A stretch of DNA of 64,000 nt. Origin: a virus. Both the position numbers and the translations under genes were made by a program. Shown here piece after piece: positions 63,898 through 64,000 of the stretch (position 1 is the first letter of the stretch; the number at the start of each line of letters is the position of its first letter). The notes under the pieces were generated by a model. It ran no database searches and was not told where the DNA came from. It saw only the letters and a list, made by a program, of their open reading frames with translations. The stretch lies in the IMG/VR virus record IMGVR_UViG_3300032245_000484, positions 2,689-66,688 of that record; one strand, 5' to 3'.

Positions 63898-64000
63898 ATG
63901 ATCTTCTTTGTGTAACTTCGTTGGAAGAACTTCCTCTCGTATGGGAACTACTTCACGCAGATCACGCTCAACAAGAGCGAGATGACCTTGATCTGCGGGG
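63898..64000 (+). CDS. gp46: recombination ATPase Rad50/SbcC-like subunit, 5' fragment with an in-frame TAA at codon 6
   Basis: Reads MIFFV*LRWKNFLSYGNYFTQITLNKSEMTLICG, the typical gp46 N-terminus leading to Walker A; truncated by the window end. Confidence 0.75.

Noticed and set aside
1-64000. tRNAs, CRISPR arrays, introns, inteins, homing endonucleases and alternative genetic code
   Set aside because: Intergenic gaps are too short for arrays or tRNAs and show no cloverleaf. Core genes (gp17, gp20, gp23, uvsW) are of normal length and uninterrupted. All three stop codons terminate genes normally.

Overview
This 64 kb window is the virion morphogenesis core of a large T4-like myovirus. Its gene order is of the aquatic, cyanophage-like type: a VrlC/DUF4815-like giant baseplate protein, no gp24 next to gp23, and gp5 without a lysozyme domain. 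A short minus-strand block (gp4, gp2, gp54-like, gp26, gp51-like, tape-measure-like) diverges from a long plus-strand run. That run holds gp48, gp53, hub, gp5, PAAR, a holin-like gene, gp25, gp6, gp7, gp8, VrlC-like, fibre genes, gp13-17, TWO gp18 sheath genes, gp19-23, gp3, uvsY, a deaminase, uvsW, gp55 and gp47, then a 6.5 kb insert and the start of gp46. I found no tRNA, CRISPR array or mobile element. The main leads are: (1) a G-x-T motif saturating outward-facing virion proteins but not enzymes, a candidate virion-wide modification sequon; (2) a T-TTT-TTT slippery site with an upstream SD-like motif that would fuse gp26 to the gp51-like ORF by -1 frameshifting, just before the tape-measure gene; (3) tandem sheath paralogues; (4) leaderless mRNAs from both sigma70-type and late promoters; (5) apparent avoidance of AGCT, ACGT and GGCC; (6) a protease-cleavable basic head polyprotein. 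All product calls come from recognising motifs and synteny by eye; no database searches were run.
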